Notes under the pieces: generated by a model
Told to the model about the DNA's origin: nothing
Database searches by the model: none
The model's input: the letters and a program-made list of their open reading frames with translations, nothing else
Position numbers and translations under genes: made by a program
Source of the DNA: Balanoglossus misakiensis
Lineage: Eukaryota > Animalia > Hemichordata
Length of the DNA: 64,000 bases
Assembly: GCA_040954595.2 (NCBI GenBank)
Contig: CM082576.2
Location: 16,043,028 to 16,107,027, forward strand
Reading direction: 5' to 3'
Part shown: positions 1 through 12,327 of the stretch, in pieces
How positions within the stretch are numbered: position 1 is the stretch's first letter
Layout of the letters: each line of letters begins with the position of its first letter

Positions 1-1104
1 AACTTATAAATGTGCATTCGGCAAATAAACCCCAAATGTTTTCTTTGTGGCCAAAAATACTGCCAGTGTGATTTTGTGTTCAATTCCAACCTATTTTTAT
101 TTAGATTGACTTGTGATACCCTCTCTTAGCACAAAAAGCATAATTTCAGCCCCAAAATGGTTGCCATAGAAACATGTGATCACTAAACGGATATCATTTT
201 TGTTCTTTTAGAGCCAAGGTACCCCTATGGTGAATTTTTTTGTCGAAATCGGACCTATTATTATTAAAATTATTATTTTTATATAATTCTTTATTATTAT
301 TATTGCCATGCAATTTATTGCCATTTAAAGAATTATATAAACAATGTATCAATTTAATAAGCACGGGTGGATTTTCTCTACAATCATTCGTGATACTTCA
401 GATTCATAAAGACAACATTTTTCAAAGTGGCCTATGTATCTAAAATTGCAGACGACGTTTCAACGCTTTCGGTTGAAGATTTTCTACATATTCACAAATC
501 AAATATTGGTATTTTGACAAAGTAAACTTTTGGAATTGAAAAAATACTGTGTGTAAAGTAACGAAAAGTTACAAGCTACCTTAACTCTTTGATTAATCTT
601 TACGTTAAATTGGAATAGCTGTGCTTAAGGAGCCTATCTTACCTCGAAACACACTTTTGAGGATAAATAATAATTGGGCTTGTGTGTTAAATGCTGGTGT
701 CCTGTTACTTATTTCATGTGGATAAATAAATGTTAAATTTAAAAATGTTCAGGGTCTGAGAAAAAAGTTCTGTTTAGGCCACGCCCATTTCCGTGACGTC
801 ACAAGAGGAACCCATTTACGTTTGCAACAGACTTAGCACTGTACATTGCATGGTTGAATTGCAACCATACATGCCTGTGATCTAAACGGCTTTGCTGTGT
901 CAGCCTGGGTATAACTCTGTATCCCCCGTACCCTTCAAAATAAACGTACATATGTCTACCTTATCATCTAGGGGAGATGCGATTATGAAAAAAAAAACTC
1001 GGCCCGGTTAGGCTACGGCTACGCATTGCAAGCAGTACACAACATGCAATGGCAGTGGATGTGTATAGGCACCTTACACATACAATGATTGCTGCCTCGA
1101 TTAA

Positions 1105-1451
1105 AGGGACAAAGTCTCTCTCTTGCTGCCCTTTTTTCCAATAATTATATTTGATACAAGACACCGTTTGTTATTCTACATGTGGATATATAGTGAATGA
1201 ACATTCAACCACACACAACTGCCACCCCTCTTACAGACAGGAGAGTGAAAAAACTCGCCAAAATGAATAATCGTTCTTTACCATTTATTCATTTTGGGCG
1301 AGTTTTTACTCTCATATCCTACAAACGAGATGGAAGTTGTGTGTGGTCGAATGTTGATTCACCATATATCCACATGTAGAATAACATAAACGGCGTCTTG
1401 TATCAAACATAATTAATGGAAAAAGGCCAGCGAGAGAGAGACTTTGTCCCT
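1105..1451. mobile_element. Palindromic ~350-bp MITE with TTAA target-site duplication (Kolobok-like, non-autonomous), family A copy 1
   Basis: ttaa|AGGGACAAAGTCTCTCTC...GAGAGAGACTTTGTCCCT|ttaa. The whole element is an imperfect hairpin. Near-identical copies at 41351 and 44387. TTAA TSD with RR...YY termini fits Kolobok. Confidence 0.85.
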
Positions 1452-3867
1452 TTAAACCGTCGAATATTGCCCAGAGGTTTAGGTCTAGAGTGTTGGGTCT
1501 AAATCTACTTATCTTGGACAATGTCAACTTATTGATAACTGATCGTGGTCTTTTGGCGATTTTCGATGACTGCCTCAACAGACAAAATACGCGTGTGTTA
1601 TTGTACAAGGCCAACTAATATGCCGATCGGCAGCGATGACACATATCGCGCCGCGATGTATATTTACTACCAGCACTAAAATTCTGTCTTCTGAATTACA
1701 TGTAAGCTATGCCTTTTTGGTGATGACAAACAGAAACATTTATGACTTGTCGCTGTAATCATGGAAGTTCCTTGACATGCTTCATACTGCATTATAACAA
1801 AATGAAACCATACAACCAACAGCAACAGGCGATCATGCCAGGCCGACCCACTCACGCTCACAAAGCATGAAACATTTTCATTGATACACACGAATATCTA
1901 AGTTTGGAAACGGTTTTCACTCACACGAGGCAAAATTTATTCAACACATTTTGTTTCAAAATTTGTACAGTGTGTTTTGGAGCCGATGAGTCGGACATAG
2001 CGCGACGTAAAACTTGTAAACAAAGAAATTAGAAAAGAAAGATGGCGACCATTCAGCCGAAGCCATACAAAGATACGACTGAAAAAAACGTGAAATAGTA
2101 ACGGTAATATTTCGAACGTTCAAGTTTTTACATCGATTGCTGTCAACCTTAATTATCGTAGTTTGAGGTCACTGGGTACCGGTTAGCCAGACGGAAGCGT
2201 GAATAATAATAAACAATCTCAACATGATGTCGGCCAACGCAAAATTGTGTTTACGCATCCTGCCAGTTCTGTCCGGTTCACACAGAAGTTTTGACCGGCG
2301 TTAATTTTCTTTGCTCCGAGGAATACTAATCTCATAGACGTTCCTACTGGCGCGTACACATCCTCATTGACGAAAACGACCACTGTGTCGTTATTCACAA
2401 TGCGATGAACTGAAAGAAAATAGAGAAACACCATTTTGTAACATTATTCGCCTGTCCATGCCATGTATTATTCGTCATGCTGGTCAGTTAAGTTGATGTT
2501 CATGTGGTATGTGTTCTCAGGCCATTTTGAAACGACATTGTTTAGCAATTCCTAATGATGTTGAACAGAGTAATAACAAAAGCCTACCTGGTGGACTTTT
2601 CTCCTGGATTGATAAACACGTATGCAAGAATATACAAATCCATAGAATAACCTTCAACAACGCCATTTTGCTGCCGATAAAATCTACAAAAAACATAGTT
2701 GTTCATTAACCACTGAGCCATACCAAAAGGTCACATGTTATCTTTTGCGAGGTTGCTAGGTCAGTGCAAGTCAAGCCATTAGGTTGCAAACGGTGAGGGC
2801 GCTGTATTTACAAAATTAGGTCAAGTCTCCTTCAAAACAAGTACTAGGGCGCTCAAATGGGGCCAAAATTCTTACTCGTAAGCATTTCATTACAGTCGAA
2901 TCAGCATTTCATGAGAGTCATCGGCATTTCAGTCCACTCAAATCGCCATTTCAGTCCACTCAAGTTAATCGAAATACGGACTTGAAACAGGCTCTCTAGG
3001 AGTAAGACTTTAGAATCCCAAATGTGTAGGTAATTGTTTTCCTAGATGTTTATTCGTTCCAATGAAAGTGGTTCACAGCTTGAATAAATTTCAGATAAAA
3101 GGATTTCGAACTTGTTCAGTCTGACTTGATGTTCCACCAAACGGGTGTTTTCATGTAAAGACTTAGTGACGGAGCGCGAAAAGGGCCTTAAAGCTTTTGA
3201 ACACTCATGAAACTTAACAGGTCGTGGCACATATATGCGTGTACCAAGTTTGAAGTCCCTAGCTTCATTCGACTGGAATTCGTCCCAAAATGTATGGAGG
3301 CATATCACGGCGCTATCAAATCACAGGGTACTCAGGCTATTGTTAAACACTATTTAAAACCCTGTTAATACCCGGTGAGTCTGGTGGCGTGTGTACGACA
3401 GATCTGAGCACGGGCATAGGCCAAAACGAACACACAATAAATTATTTCGTGTTTTTTTATGTGAACGAGAACTACACTCACGAACGGCCTCGCTAGCGCC
3501 GCAGAACAACGCGGAAGTGATATCGCATTATAATATGCTTGGTGTGAATCTAGCTTGCTGATTGGCTGGAGCCGGGGTTTATATTCTCGACAAGAAGACC
3601 TAGTACATGTAGTACCTGGACCCTGAACAGTGAATAGTTTTTAAAAAAGTAACCGAAATAGAACACGTAGAAGAGAACGCACCTGAATAGAACGCACTTG
3701 CCACATTCTATTGGCGGTGGCATAAAATCGCGTGACGTTAGAAATTCTAGAACGCGTTTGCACGAGCTCAGCTTGCGCGTTCTGGAACAGTGCGCGACGA
3801 GGCCCTTGAACTAGCATGAATTTTCCCCAACCAAACAACGGATTTGAAAAAATGAAATTGTTTATCT

Positions 3868-4080
3868 TTATCAAGCGAAATCATATTATAATGAGGTTAT
3901 AAACGGTGCGCTCGGGTATTTGGTACGGATATAAGACCTCTCAGGAGAAAATTAGCATATTTGGGTGAAATAATCACCTCGCTACGCTCGGTGATTATTT
4001 CCCGCCAAATATGCTAATTTTCACCTGCGAGGTCTTATATCCGCAACCAAATACCCTCGCTAGCCGTTTATAACCTCTAA
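3868..4080. mobile_element. Palindromic MITE, family B copy 1
   Basis: GAGGTTATAAACGG...CCGTTTATAACCTC hairpin centred on CTCGCTACGCTCGG. Second copy at 20520-20739. Confidence 0.75.
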
Positions 4081-4119
4081 ATCTACAACCGCACGCGCGC
4101 ACGCGCCCGGCCCAGACGA

Positions 4120-4700
4120 TCGTACGACTCCGTTACCTCTCCAGAGGGCGCCGTCAATGACCTTTGGCTTTTCAGAGACGCGGTGCAAGACGTCTCTCCA
4201 AATCCGTTTGAGCTCGCGCTCTGATTGGCTAGTACCATGCAAGATGTTGCTTCATGTGATTGGCTAATATGCCAGACAGAAGTTCCATCGCGTGCATGGA
4301 TCGCGTGCACGTTCGATCAGTACGCGTAATGACGTGGCATACCCTGCCTCGGTGACAAACAGAGACGCAGTGTTCAGCGAAACGTGTAGAACAGACGTTA
4401 AGAACAACAAACGACACTTGTACTCGTAAATTATGATTACGTGTAAAATAATTCTGATTATCTCAATTTTTGGCGATCGATCTATAAAAATGAAATCGTG
4501 AAGTAAGTAGGCAACCATGGTGATACTTCCGATGGAACGCCATTGACGAATCAGTTACCTTCCCCTAAATCGAACGACACTTCAGCGCTCTCATTGGTTG
4601 AACCATGGTTGAACGAAACGTTTGGAGAGACCTCTTGACCGCGTCTCTGAAAAGCCAAAGGTCATTGAGGGCGCCCTCTTGAGAGGCAAACGACTCCGTT
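4120..4700. mobile_element. Inverted-repeat non-autonomous DNA element
   Basis: ~80-bp inverted arms: GAGGGCGCCGTCAATGACCTTTGGCTTTTCAGAGACGCGG... versus ...CCGCGTCTCTGAAAAGCCAAAGGTCATTGAGGGCGCCCTC. Confidence 0.65.
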
Positions 4701-4702
4701 GC

Positions 4703-5108
4703 TAGCCTTCGCTGAACACTGCGTCTCACGTGACTAGGCAAAAAGACGCGTCACGAAGATAGACGCAGATAAAGGCCGACCGCCATTTTGTAATGTGTTA
4801 GTTTTTTGACACTTTCCCGGAAGTGGGCTAATGCGCATACCAGCCAAATGCGCATGTCTGTTGTAAAACTTACGTACATTTGTGTCAGTAGTTGTATTGA
4901 TTTCAGCTTCACTTCCATCATAAACTGTTGGTTTTTCAAAAATATGTATATTCGGGAAGAGTAAAAATGAATGTCAAGAAACGCGACAGATTGAATGTAG
5001 CCCGGAAGTTATAGAACGTTCATTTATTAGCCAATCAGATTCGACAATTCTAAATATGGCGGTTTGTGTTTACCTGCCTCTTTGGTGTTTGTCACCGAGG
5101 CAGGGTAC
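4703..5108. mobile_element. Short non-autonomous element with a minimal inverted derivative at ~4340-4385
   Basis: Its ends TAGCCTTCGCTGAACACTGCGTCTC and TTTGTCACCGAGGCAGGGTA occur, reverse-complemented and joined, at 4340-4385. Confidence 0.5.
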
Positions 5109-5313
5109 CAGCCAATTGCTAGCCAGGACAGACACGTTCATATACAGTGTATGTTAGGAAGGGTATGCAATTAATCTCATGTAGTCTGGCGACGTGCGTT
5201 ACCAAAAAGGGGGGACAGGGGGGACACTTTGTTCTACGGAGCAGAGTGCCATCGAAGTGTAGTCAATAATTTTTATTTTTGCTTAGAATGTGTCTTGAAA
5301 AGTGTTGGATTAA

Positions 5314-6108
5314 GGTGGGTCCCCGGGATCTTTTTGCCCGTTGCTATGGGCCTTTGCAGGACATTACACCCCGATTTGGAGTAAGCCGTTTTCAGAGTCT
5401 AACAAGAGGCTGGTAACTAGTTGAAAATCTGCACGATTGTGAGCGCGCGCCCCCTGACGCCATTGATATGCAAATTAGCTAGGTCAAATTTCAAAAGCCT
5501 AGGGCTTTTTATTCCGTGACCTCAAAAACGAACTTGATACGTATTCATTAGTTGCTTGAACCAGGGAAGATCGTGACGGATTTTGTTTTCGAATATTATC
5601 GTTGTATCCTACGATTTCAGCATACCCGTACCACACCTGAAAAAGTCATCGATTTTGGGTGTTTTTGGACGCACTCTTCCACCGGTATCGCTTCTTAGCA
5701 CGACGAAAACCGAAAAAACGATCCGTCACACTGTGCGGAAGTGCGTTCTCAACAAGCAGGTCACATTTGACTGGCGTACGTGGCCTATGAAAAAAGCCTT
5801 AGGGATTTTCGTGAACGGTACAAAATCTCTGTGTACAAAACATTGGATTTTTAGCGTTCGATCCAGTTACTGTGGTTACAGGACGCGCACGCTATCGCTG
5901 ACCGCTGCTTTGCCGTATTAGCGTGGCGGCCTATGGCAGGGCGGTAGCTGCCGTAAACATACTCGGACAGGGGGTGTGCACACAATCGTGTGTATATTCA
6001 ACTAGTTACAAGCCCCTTGTCGGACGTTCATAACGGTTTCGATCAAAATTGAGTGTAGTGTCCTATAAAGGCCCATAGCAACGGGCAAAAAGATCCCGGG
6101 GACCCATC
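5314..6108. mobile_element. TTAA-flanked MITE with ~55-bp TIRs (Kolobok-like)
   Basis: ttaa|GGTGGGTCCCCGGGATCTTTTTGCCCGTTGCTATGGGCCTTT...AAAGGCCCATAGCAACGGGCAAAAAGATCCCGGGGACCCATC|ttaa. Confidence 0.85.
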
Positions 6109-7406
6109 TTAATCATGAATAAAAAACGGAAAACGTGAAAAATACAACAAATCCGTATACAAAACCATTGCGAATCTGGTGACCGGAAGTGCCGTGTTCG
6201 ATCGCCGGGTTTTATATCATGATGTGTATGAAACTATGCGTGAGCTCAGCTCAGCTCCTCCCAGTCATGGTGGAAGTTGTTCATGTGCATCACTGTTATA
6301 TTTGCTATGATTTTTTCGCATGAAAACAGTATGTCCTATGTATACATGTACCTTTCATGGCGAAATTTGCGACATCGCCCAAACGCCATTTTACGTCGGT
6401 AACGCACGTCCCCAGGACGAGTGACACTTTTCGATCGATAATATCTCGAATGTTCGACCGACTTTTGAAAATTGAAAAGCCAGACATTAGTTTTCTATCT
6501 AATATTAAACGCATACTCTGGTTTGGTAGCGATTCTCTTCGTAATAGTTGCCAAATGGCAGTGGGTTGAAAATTCGTTTCATACCCTGTATATATGTGTA
6601 CTCACGTACGTACACAGGGCAGATCAGTTGCGGGCGCGCACGCATGCGTATACATCGCCTTTACTGCTCAAGACGAGATCGTATACACGGTGCCTGTGGT
6701 TTTGCATATAAAGTTAACACCTAGCTTTAGTGCATTTCTCGTCCACACCAAACAAACCCATGAAATATTTTATTCTTTGTTCATTGAGGACGTCGCGTTT
6801 ATGCTAAGTTTATTAATATATATACACTTTATTGTTCCATGACGCCCGTGATCTGAGGTACAAAATTTCGCTCGAAACCCAACGCGAGTTGGAGACCGAG
6901 TTTATTTACGTACAACATTGTAGCAATTTTTCGTATGTTTGCGCGCGCTCTAAAATCACGCGATGTCAACTGAGTGTGAACGAGCTGTTTCGCGTCGTGT
7001 CATCTGCCCAGTTTTCGTGGCTAAAACAACAGGAATAATACCCCACTTGGCTTTAGAATTGCACATACCAAGGGGTGGGTGGGGTCAGTGACGTCATAGG
7101 CAGATTCACAACACTCTTCCCCACCACATTTTGAAGGGCTTCGTCTTCTTCCCCCAAAACACCGGGGGATAACACAACATAGAACACAACAATAACAAAA
7201 TAGAAAAATAGAATGTCCAGCTGGGCTTTACTGGGTATGCCCCACTGGTCGGCCTGTTTCAATTCCCCTTTTTGACAAAAATTTCCTCCAGCTGGGCTTT
7301 ACAAGATATGCCCCACTGGCATATAAATTCCCTCTGGATACAAATTCCCCAGTTAGTTCCCGTCCTTCCCCTATATTTGGCCTTTCGGGTAAAACCCCTG
7401 GTACCC

Positions 7407-8650
7407 CTATCCCAAACAGTAGGCTCCCAAAATCCCCACCAACATCAGAGCCAGGGCATGGACATCACTGGCGGGCGGATCCTTCCTCGCGCCTCTGATG
7501 TGCCAGTGGAGTATTACTGGCTTATCTTCTGGTGCCTCTTCCAACAACTGTTGGAGGGCTTCCTCCTGTTGGCCCCATTCGTGGACGGGCACGGTTCTGT
7601 CAAGGCCTATCTCGCTCATGGCCGCTACCAGGGGATGAGTTACCAGTCCACGAATCTGCGGCCTCAGCTTCCCTTCAGTTTCTTTACCTTTTTGGGGTGA
7701 AGCCCGACCGCCACGTTCCACCCCGACTCCCTAAGCAGGAAGTGGTGGCACCTTGGCTTCGGTGAGCCTGGGCTCTCATGCGGTCCAGGTGGAAGTGGGC
7801 GTCTATAGCGTGGGATAGCCCCCTGGCTGGTGACACCGCACTTGGTCGTCTCACTTATGGGCTTCCGGCGCTTGCTTGGGACTGTTTCCCTCGGGGCCAC
7901 TTCTTGATGGTTTCTCTCTCCGCCGGCGACAGGTCCACCAGGAGCGTGAGGAGCACCCTCCAGTGAGTCAACACCGCTGGTGTGCTGGGTGGCGACAAAC
8001 GTATCTTCTGGGGCACTTCCCATTCCATTCGTTGGCACACTCTTCTCATCACTTCCTCACCCTCCGGGAGAATCTTCGCTGTCACCGGAAGACGCCCGAG
8101 GCCATGCGTTAGAAAGTAGTGGAATAGGGCGACGATGGGCTGCTCCGCCCCCACAAGAAACTGGGTTAGGCCTCCCAGCAAACCGACTATGGCATCTAGG
8201 TCGGCATAGCGGGTGCCTCCCCGCATGTAGGGGAGTAAATGGCGTTTATACACGTGTTCCTTCAGCCATTTGGATGAATGTCCGCAATCCGGGATGGGGC
8301 AAGTTGACTCTTTCCCCGGAATTGGGCAGAAGGACGTTTTCTCGCGGGGCTGTGGTCGTGGTGCCGCTGGGGCTTCCGCTGCTGATTTCTTTCCAGATGG
8401 GGGCTCTTCCACTGTCCCCGAGAGGTCAGGTAGCCTCTCTGGGCTTGCTTTCTCAGGTGGCCTCCCCTGCTCATCCTCTGACAGCCTTTTCTCCATCCTC
8501 TCCACCGATGCCGACTCCACTCGAGGGCGGGATCCCGCGGATTTCCAGCGCCTGCTCGAAGGGCTTCTCTTCCTCCTGCTGCGCCTGATGGTGGCTGTCG
8601 AGGACGCAGTGCGAGTCGGGTTTGGTAGATGTCCGCTGGCCTTAGGATCA
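7407..8650 (-). pseudogene. Retroelement-borne C2H2 zinc finger + TatD-family (amidohydrolase-fold) nuclease ORF, disrupted
   Basis: CPIPDCGHSSKWLKEHVYKRH finger. Reading through one TAA at 7855-7857 in the same frame gives AIDAHFHLD (~7812-7786). After frameshifts come VAVGLHP, HPLVAAMSEIGLD, QQEEALQQLL and KPVILH, the ordered TatD motifs. The C-terminal half is missing. Confidence 0.8.
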
Positions 8651-8720
8651 GTCGTCTGGGCAATGTAACCTTTGCCACTTTCCCTTTCGTCCCTTGCCGA
8701 CCATATGTCATGTGTACACT

Positions 8721-9419
8721 TTAACCCCCAAACCGCAACTGATTTCTTCGCATATCTAGAATCACTCTCCTTGACCGCATAAAGTCTGCCCCTAGCAACA
8801 TGTCATCTACTATCGGCGCTACATACACATCCTCTGTGAATTTGGTCCTTCCCAACTTCAGACGCAAAGGACCTACTTTATGGACTTTCATTTCCATTTC
8901 ACGCCCTGCAGTTTGCATGATGGTGGTTTTGAGGACTGGGGGGCGGTTCCCAAGACGGCTATAGAGACGGTCTGAAATGATGGTGACTTCTGCTGCCATG
9001 TCTACTACTGCCTGTACTTTCATCCCTTCAACTAAAATGGGCACACTGTACATAGACCCTGACACTAACTGACATATAGTTATGGGCTGGGTGTCATCAC
9101 CGCTGGGGGTTTCATTTGCTGTGGATTCATCAGTGTCCGAATTCGGGGAATCATACTCCTGTTCATCCAAAGACTCCCCTGACGAGTTGTACTGGTCGTC
9201 GGTTCGTGCATCCCTAGGGTGTAGATAGAACCCGTGCCCTTGCAATGTATTGTCAGTGTGGGTATCTAAAGTGGCCTGACACACTGACCCCCCTTCCCGG
9301 ATTTTGGCACAACCCTTGGTGTCAGTGTGTGTTGTCACCCTGCCAATTTCATTTCCTCCCCCCTTCACTTTGGGATCATTTCTTCTGAGTATTGGGCCCT
9401 TTGGTGGCTCCTGGGTCAA
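8721..9419 (-). pseudogene. Retroviral-type aspartic protease (5' part of pol)
   Basis: MYSVPILVEGMKVQAVVDMAAEVTIIS (D[TS]G-type motif, degenerate) and the C-terminal MLLGADFM motif of retropepsins. Confidence 0.8.
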
Positions 9420-9421
9420 AC

Positions 9422-11100
9422 TTAGGCCCTCTGGTCTAACCCTTTCCCGTTTAAATGCTCAGCGAATGTTACCCGTTTCTCCCCGGAATCTGAGGTCACT
9501 CTTTCCCTTCCCTTGGGGCATTCCCTATAGAAGTGTCCAGGTTCCCCACAGTTAAAGCATTCCCGTCCCCTAGGGGAGGGTGACCAAGACCGGCCTGCCT
9601 CGCGTGAGGATAGGGCAACCACTGTCTTTCTCAAACTCTCTAAAGTTTTGGCCATTTCAGTCATTCGTTCGCTAAGGGTATTTATCCCGGGACTGGGACT
9701 CGGGTTACGTGGGGTTCGAGACCTCTCCCACGAGCCTGTTCTGCTGTCGGTGGGTGATAAATCCCGATCTCTGGGGGGTCGCTCCCGAGTGGCCGATCGC
9801 ACGCGTATGAACTCGCCGTCGCTATCTGTCTCAGATGTTACTCGTTTTACTTCCCTGCGTGAGGTTCAGCGGCCAAAGATCTCGCGATTGTTATATTGGA
9901 ACCAACGTATTTGGTCTATGGCCTCTTCCATGGAGGATGCGCGTTGGTTAGCAAAGCCCTGCCTCGCGGTCGGAGCATCCCTGACAAAACTTCATTATTG
10001 CCTGACGGTCCATAGCGCATTCCGTCAGTTCGGGGAAAGCGTTTGTCGCGAGGGATAGGATTCGATCGGCCCATTTTTCGAGTGACTCCCCTTCTTTCTG
10101 ATGGGACTGTTGAAATCTCATCTGCGCGGTCTCTGGTAGTTCTTGGCGCCCAAAACGCTTGTCTAGCTTACTGACCAGCCGCTGGTAGCTGATATTTCGC
10201 TCGCGCCTGAGCAGTGTCGAGTGAAATTCGCTGGCGTCGCCGTCTAAACAAAAGCACAAGCAACATTTGAGTTCACTTTCTGTCCATCCCTGGGCATCCG
10301 CATAACTGGTGAATTTATCAAAATACAAGCTCCATTTTCTCTCCCCAGTGTAAACTAAAGTTTTTGGCGTCTTAAATATCCTAGAGCCGAAGGCAGGCCC
10401 TTCCCTGCCCCCACCGTGCCTAATGCCTGTGAACGAAGATTCACCATAAGGGTGGTTTTGCGGCACATTCCCATACGTCGGAGTCCAGGTGGCATTGGCT
10501 GGGACGTATGGGCTAGGGCTGCTTCCCGTTTGAGATGGTGGGCCGTAGTACGTGGGATAGGGGTCCCCGGTACTGGAGGGGCGCCACCACAGGTTTCGGT
10601 GGGAAATCGCCAATCAGCGCGTTCATAGGGGCTGGCTGGGAGCGGTGTGGACCCCATCGGATACGGTGGTGGTGGGGTAAAGTACCTTGGGAAATTCTCC
10701 GGTGGATATTGCGGAGACATCCCGACCGGATTCCCTGGGTAACGGCTTGGCTCTGTTGTGTGAAAATTATCCCTGTCTCTAGATCCCCCATAATTGAGTG
10801 TTTGATCCCTGGGAATTACTGGCTCATGTTCCCCCCTTCTCCTTCATTTGGGTCTGACCCTTCATGGTCATTTTGTGAAAAACGGACCCTACGTCGCAAA
10901 TGCACTTCTGGATTTGGTGCCCGGGACCCCCTCCCCATCGCTGGCTCTACCTGATCCCCTGCAGTACTCACTTGCTGTGGGAGGGTAATCCCCACTATCC
11001 AATTCTCGATGTTGGCCAATTTTCTCCCCTCCCCTGGGAAATGGGGTTGTCCTGGGCCCTGTACTATTCCCCCTCCCATACTCCAGTGATGACTGATCAC
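9422..11100 (-). pseudogene. gag polyprotein (frameshifted)
   Basis: ORF 9948-10613 resembles a retrotransposon gag capsid (YTGERKWSLYFDKF...GW...Q.EGESLEKWADRI). ORF 9422-9802 has the CFNCGEPGHFYREC CCHC knuckle. Confidence 0.85.
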
Positions 11101-11226
11101 TTTTGCTAGCCAGCTCTGAAACTGGGATTTCCGGTGGCCGGTTGCCCCTGGAATTTCCCCGTTTTGCGTGTATTTCTGCAGGCCGGTGTTTGCCGGTCCT
11201 CATCGCTACTGCTACTTGAGATATTT

Positions 11227-11521
11227 GCCCTGCAAGGCGCCATAGAAAAAACTGGTGCTTATTTATGTTTACCCATGGAGATAAACTCGCTGTAAGCCTT
11301 ATATTTAATATGGCGATCTCAACATGTAAACACACAAAATAAATCAAACGCGAGTGGTTCGGACGTTAGGACAAGTTAATCGCATCATATTTGGAGTGGG
11401 TTAGGAGGTAGAAGTAGACGGAAAGGATTTTGCTTCGATAAAATCAAATTTCGCCCGAAAAAGCTGCAGTCTGGATCCGGACCGCAGAAGCACCAGTTTT
11501 TTCTATGGCGCCTTGCAGGGC
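11227..11521. mobile_element. Small TIR element inserted in the 5' LTR/leader of the Gypsy-like element
   Basis: Perfect ~34-bp inverted repeat GCCCTGCAAGGCGCCATAGAAAAAACTGGTGCTT / AAGCACCAGTTTTTTCTATGGCGCCTTGCAGGGC. No clear TSD. Confidence 0.6.
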
Positions 11522-11699
11522 TGTGGTGGAGGCCATGTAACGCCGGGAACACACAGACCTGTACGCAGGGTTACCGTCTGCTCAGCGGCTGCCTGTACCA
11601 TGTGTACAGATACATCGTAGGTCCATTGGCGTTGCTGCCACAGGTTTCTTGGACGTAATGATTCTGATGAATTCCGTTGCCCCCAGTCATTATATGTAA

Positions 11700-11978
11700 A
11701 TTTATGTGGGACGATGTTGTGCTTTCAGTCACCCGTTGACGGAAGGTTATGTTCATCGAAATGGCGTGAACATAACCTTGAAAGCTTATTGGGAATCCAT
11801 GATGGTTCCCGGTGGCACGCTGATATCCACTTTCGGCGAATATTTTTCTGGTAAATTCGATGTGGGAATGCGTGTAAAGTCACTCCTGACATCAACGGGT
11901 ACTTATCTAAATTACGCAACTTCCGTGTATCAGTGTATGGGATTTGCAACCCGTAATTGCGCATTGAAACTCGGGCAT
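11700..11978 (-). pseudogene. THAP-domain (C2CH) fragment, probably from a DNA transposon accessory gene or transposase
   Basis: MPEFQCAITGC, a frameshift, then SGVTLHAFP...RRKWISAC...WIPNKLSRLCSRHF, a stop, and IVP. These are the THAP signature residues C-C, P, W, F and C-x2-HF. Confidence 0.75.
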
Positions 11979-12327
11979 TATCCTAGCAACTGCAGTCCTA
12001 CCCTTCAAGCGGTAGGACAAACTTTTCGCACACTGCGCAAGCGCACTAGATCAACTCTTGCGAGAGTTAGTTATTCGGGAATCAGGAATTGTGGGATACA
12101 CCGTGACTGATGAGAGGATTGATAATTTTACGCAATTAACAATATACGGCCATTCTGTGATTTTGTAAAACAATTTCATTCGTGTGTTTTGACAGGCGAA
12201 GTATTGTGTTTGGGATTACTTTCAGCAAATGGGTAGGGTTACAAGCAGTAATTGGTCATTTTTGTCAGATACTCGCATTTTGTCAGATACTCGCCGTACA
12301 CACGGGCTATTGTAAACATGGCCCTGT

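Larger units (their letters stand above)
7055..11590 (-). mobile_element. Degenerate, internally deleted Ty3/Gypsy-like LTR retrotransposon (gag, protease, ZnF-TatD; RT/RNase H/integrase absent)
   Basis: GC-rich island containing a gag with CCHC knuckle and a retropepsin. Polypurine tract GTGGTGGGGAAGAG (7127-7114) is followed by TGTTGTG, a putative 3' LTR start at 7113. A degenerate PBS-like motif lies near 11200-11215. No intact LTR pair was found, so boundaries are approximate. Confidence 0.8.

Noticed and set aside
7272-8668. Plus-strand ORFs (142, 202 and 132 aa) over the LTR element
   Set aside because: Antisense shadows of GC-rich minus-strand coding sequence with no motifs.
11522-11540. 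Alternative LTR end/PBS (minus strand GTTACA-TGGCCTCCACC)
   Set aside because: I cannot match it to a tRNA 3' end and there is no second LTR to confirm it, so the LTR boundary is left unresolved.
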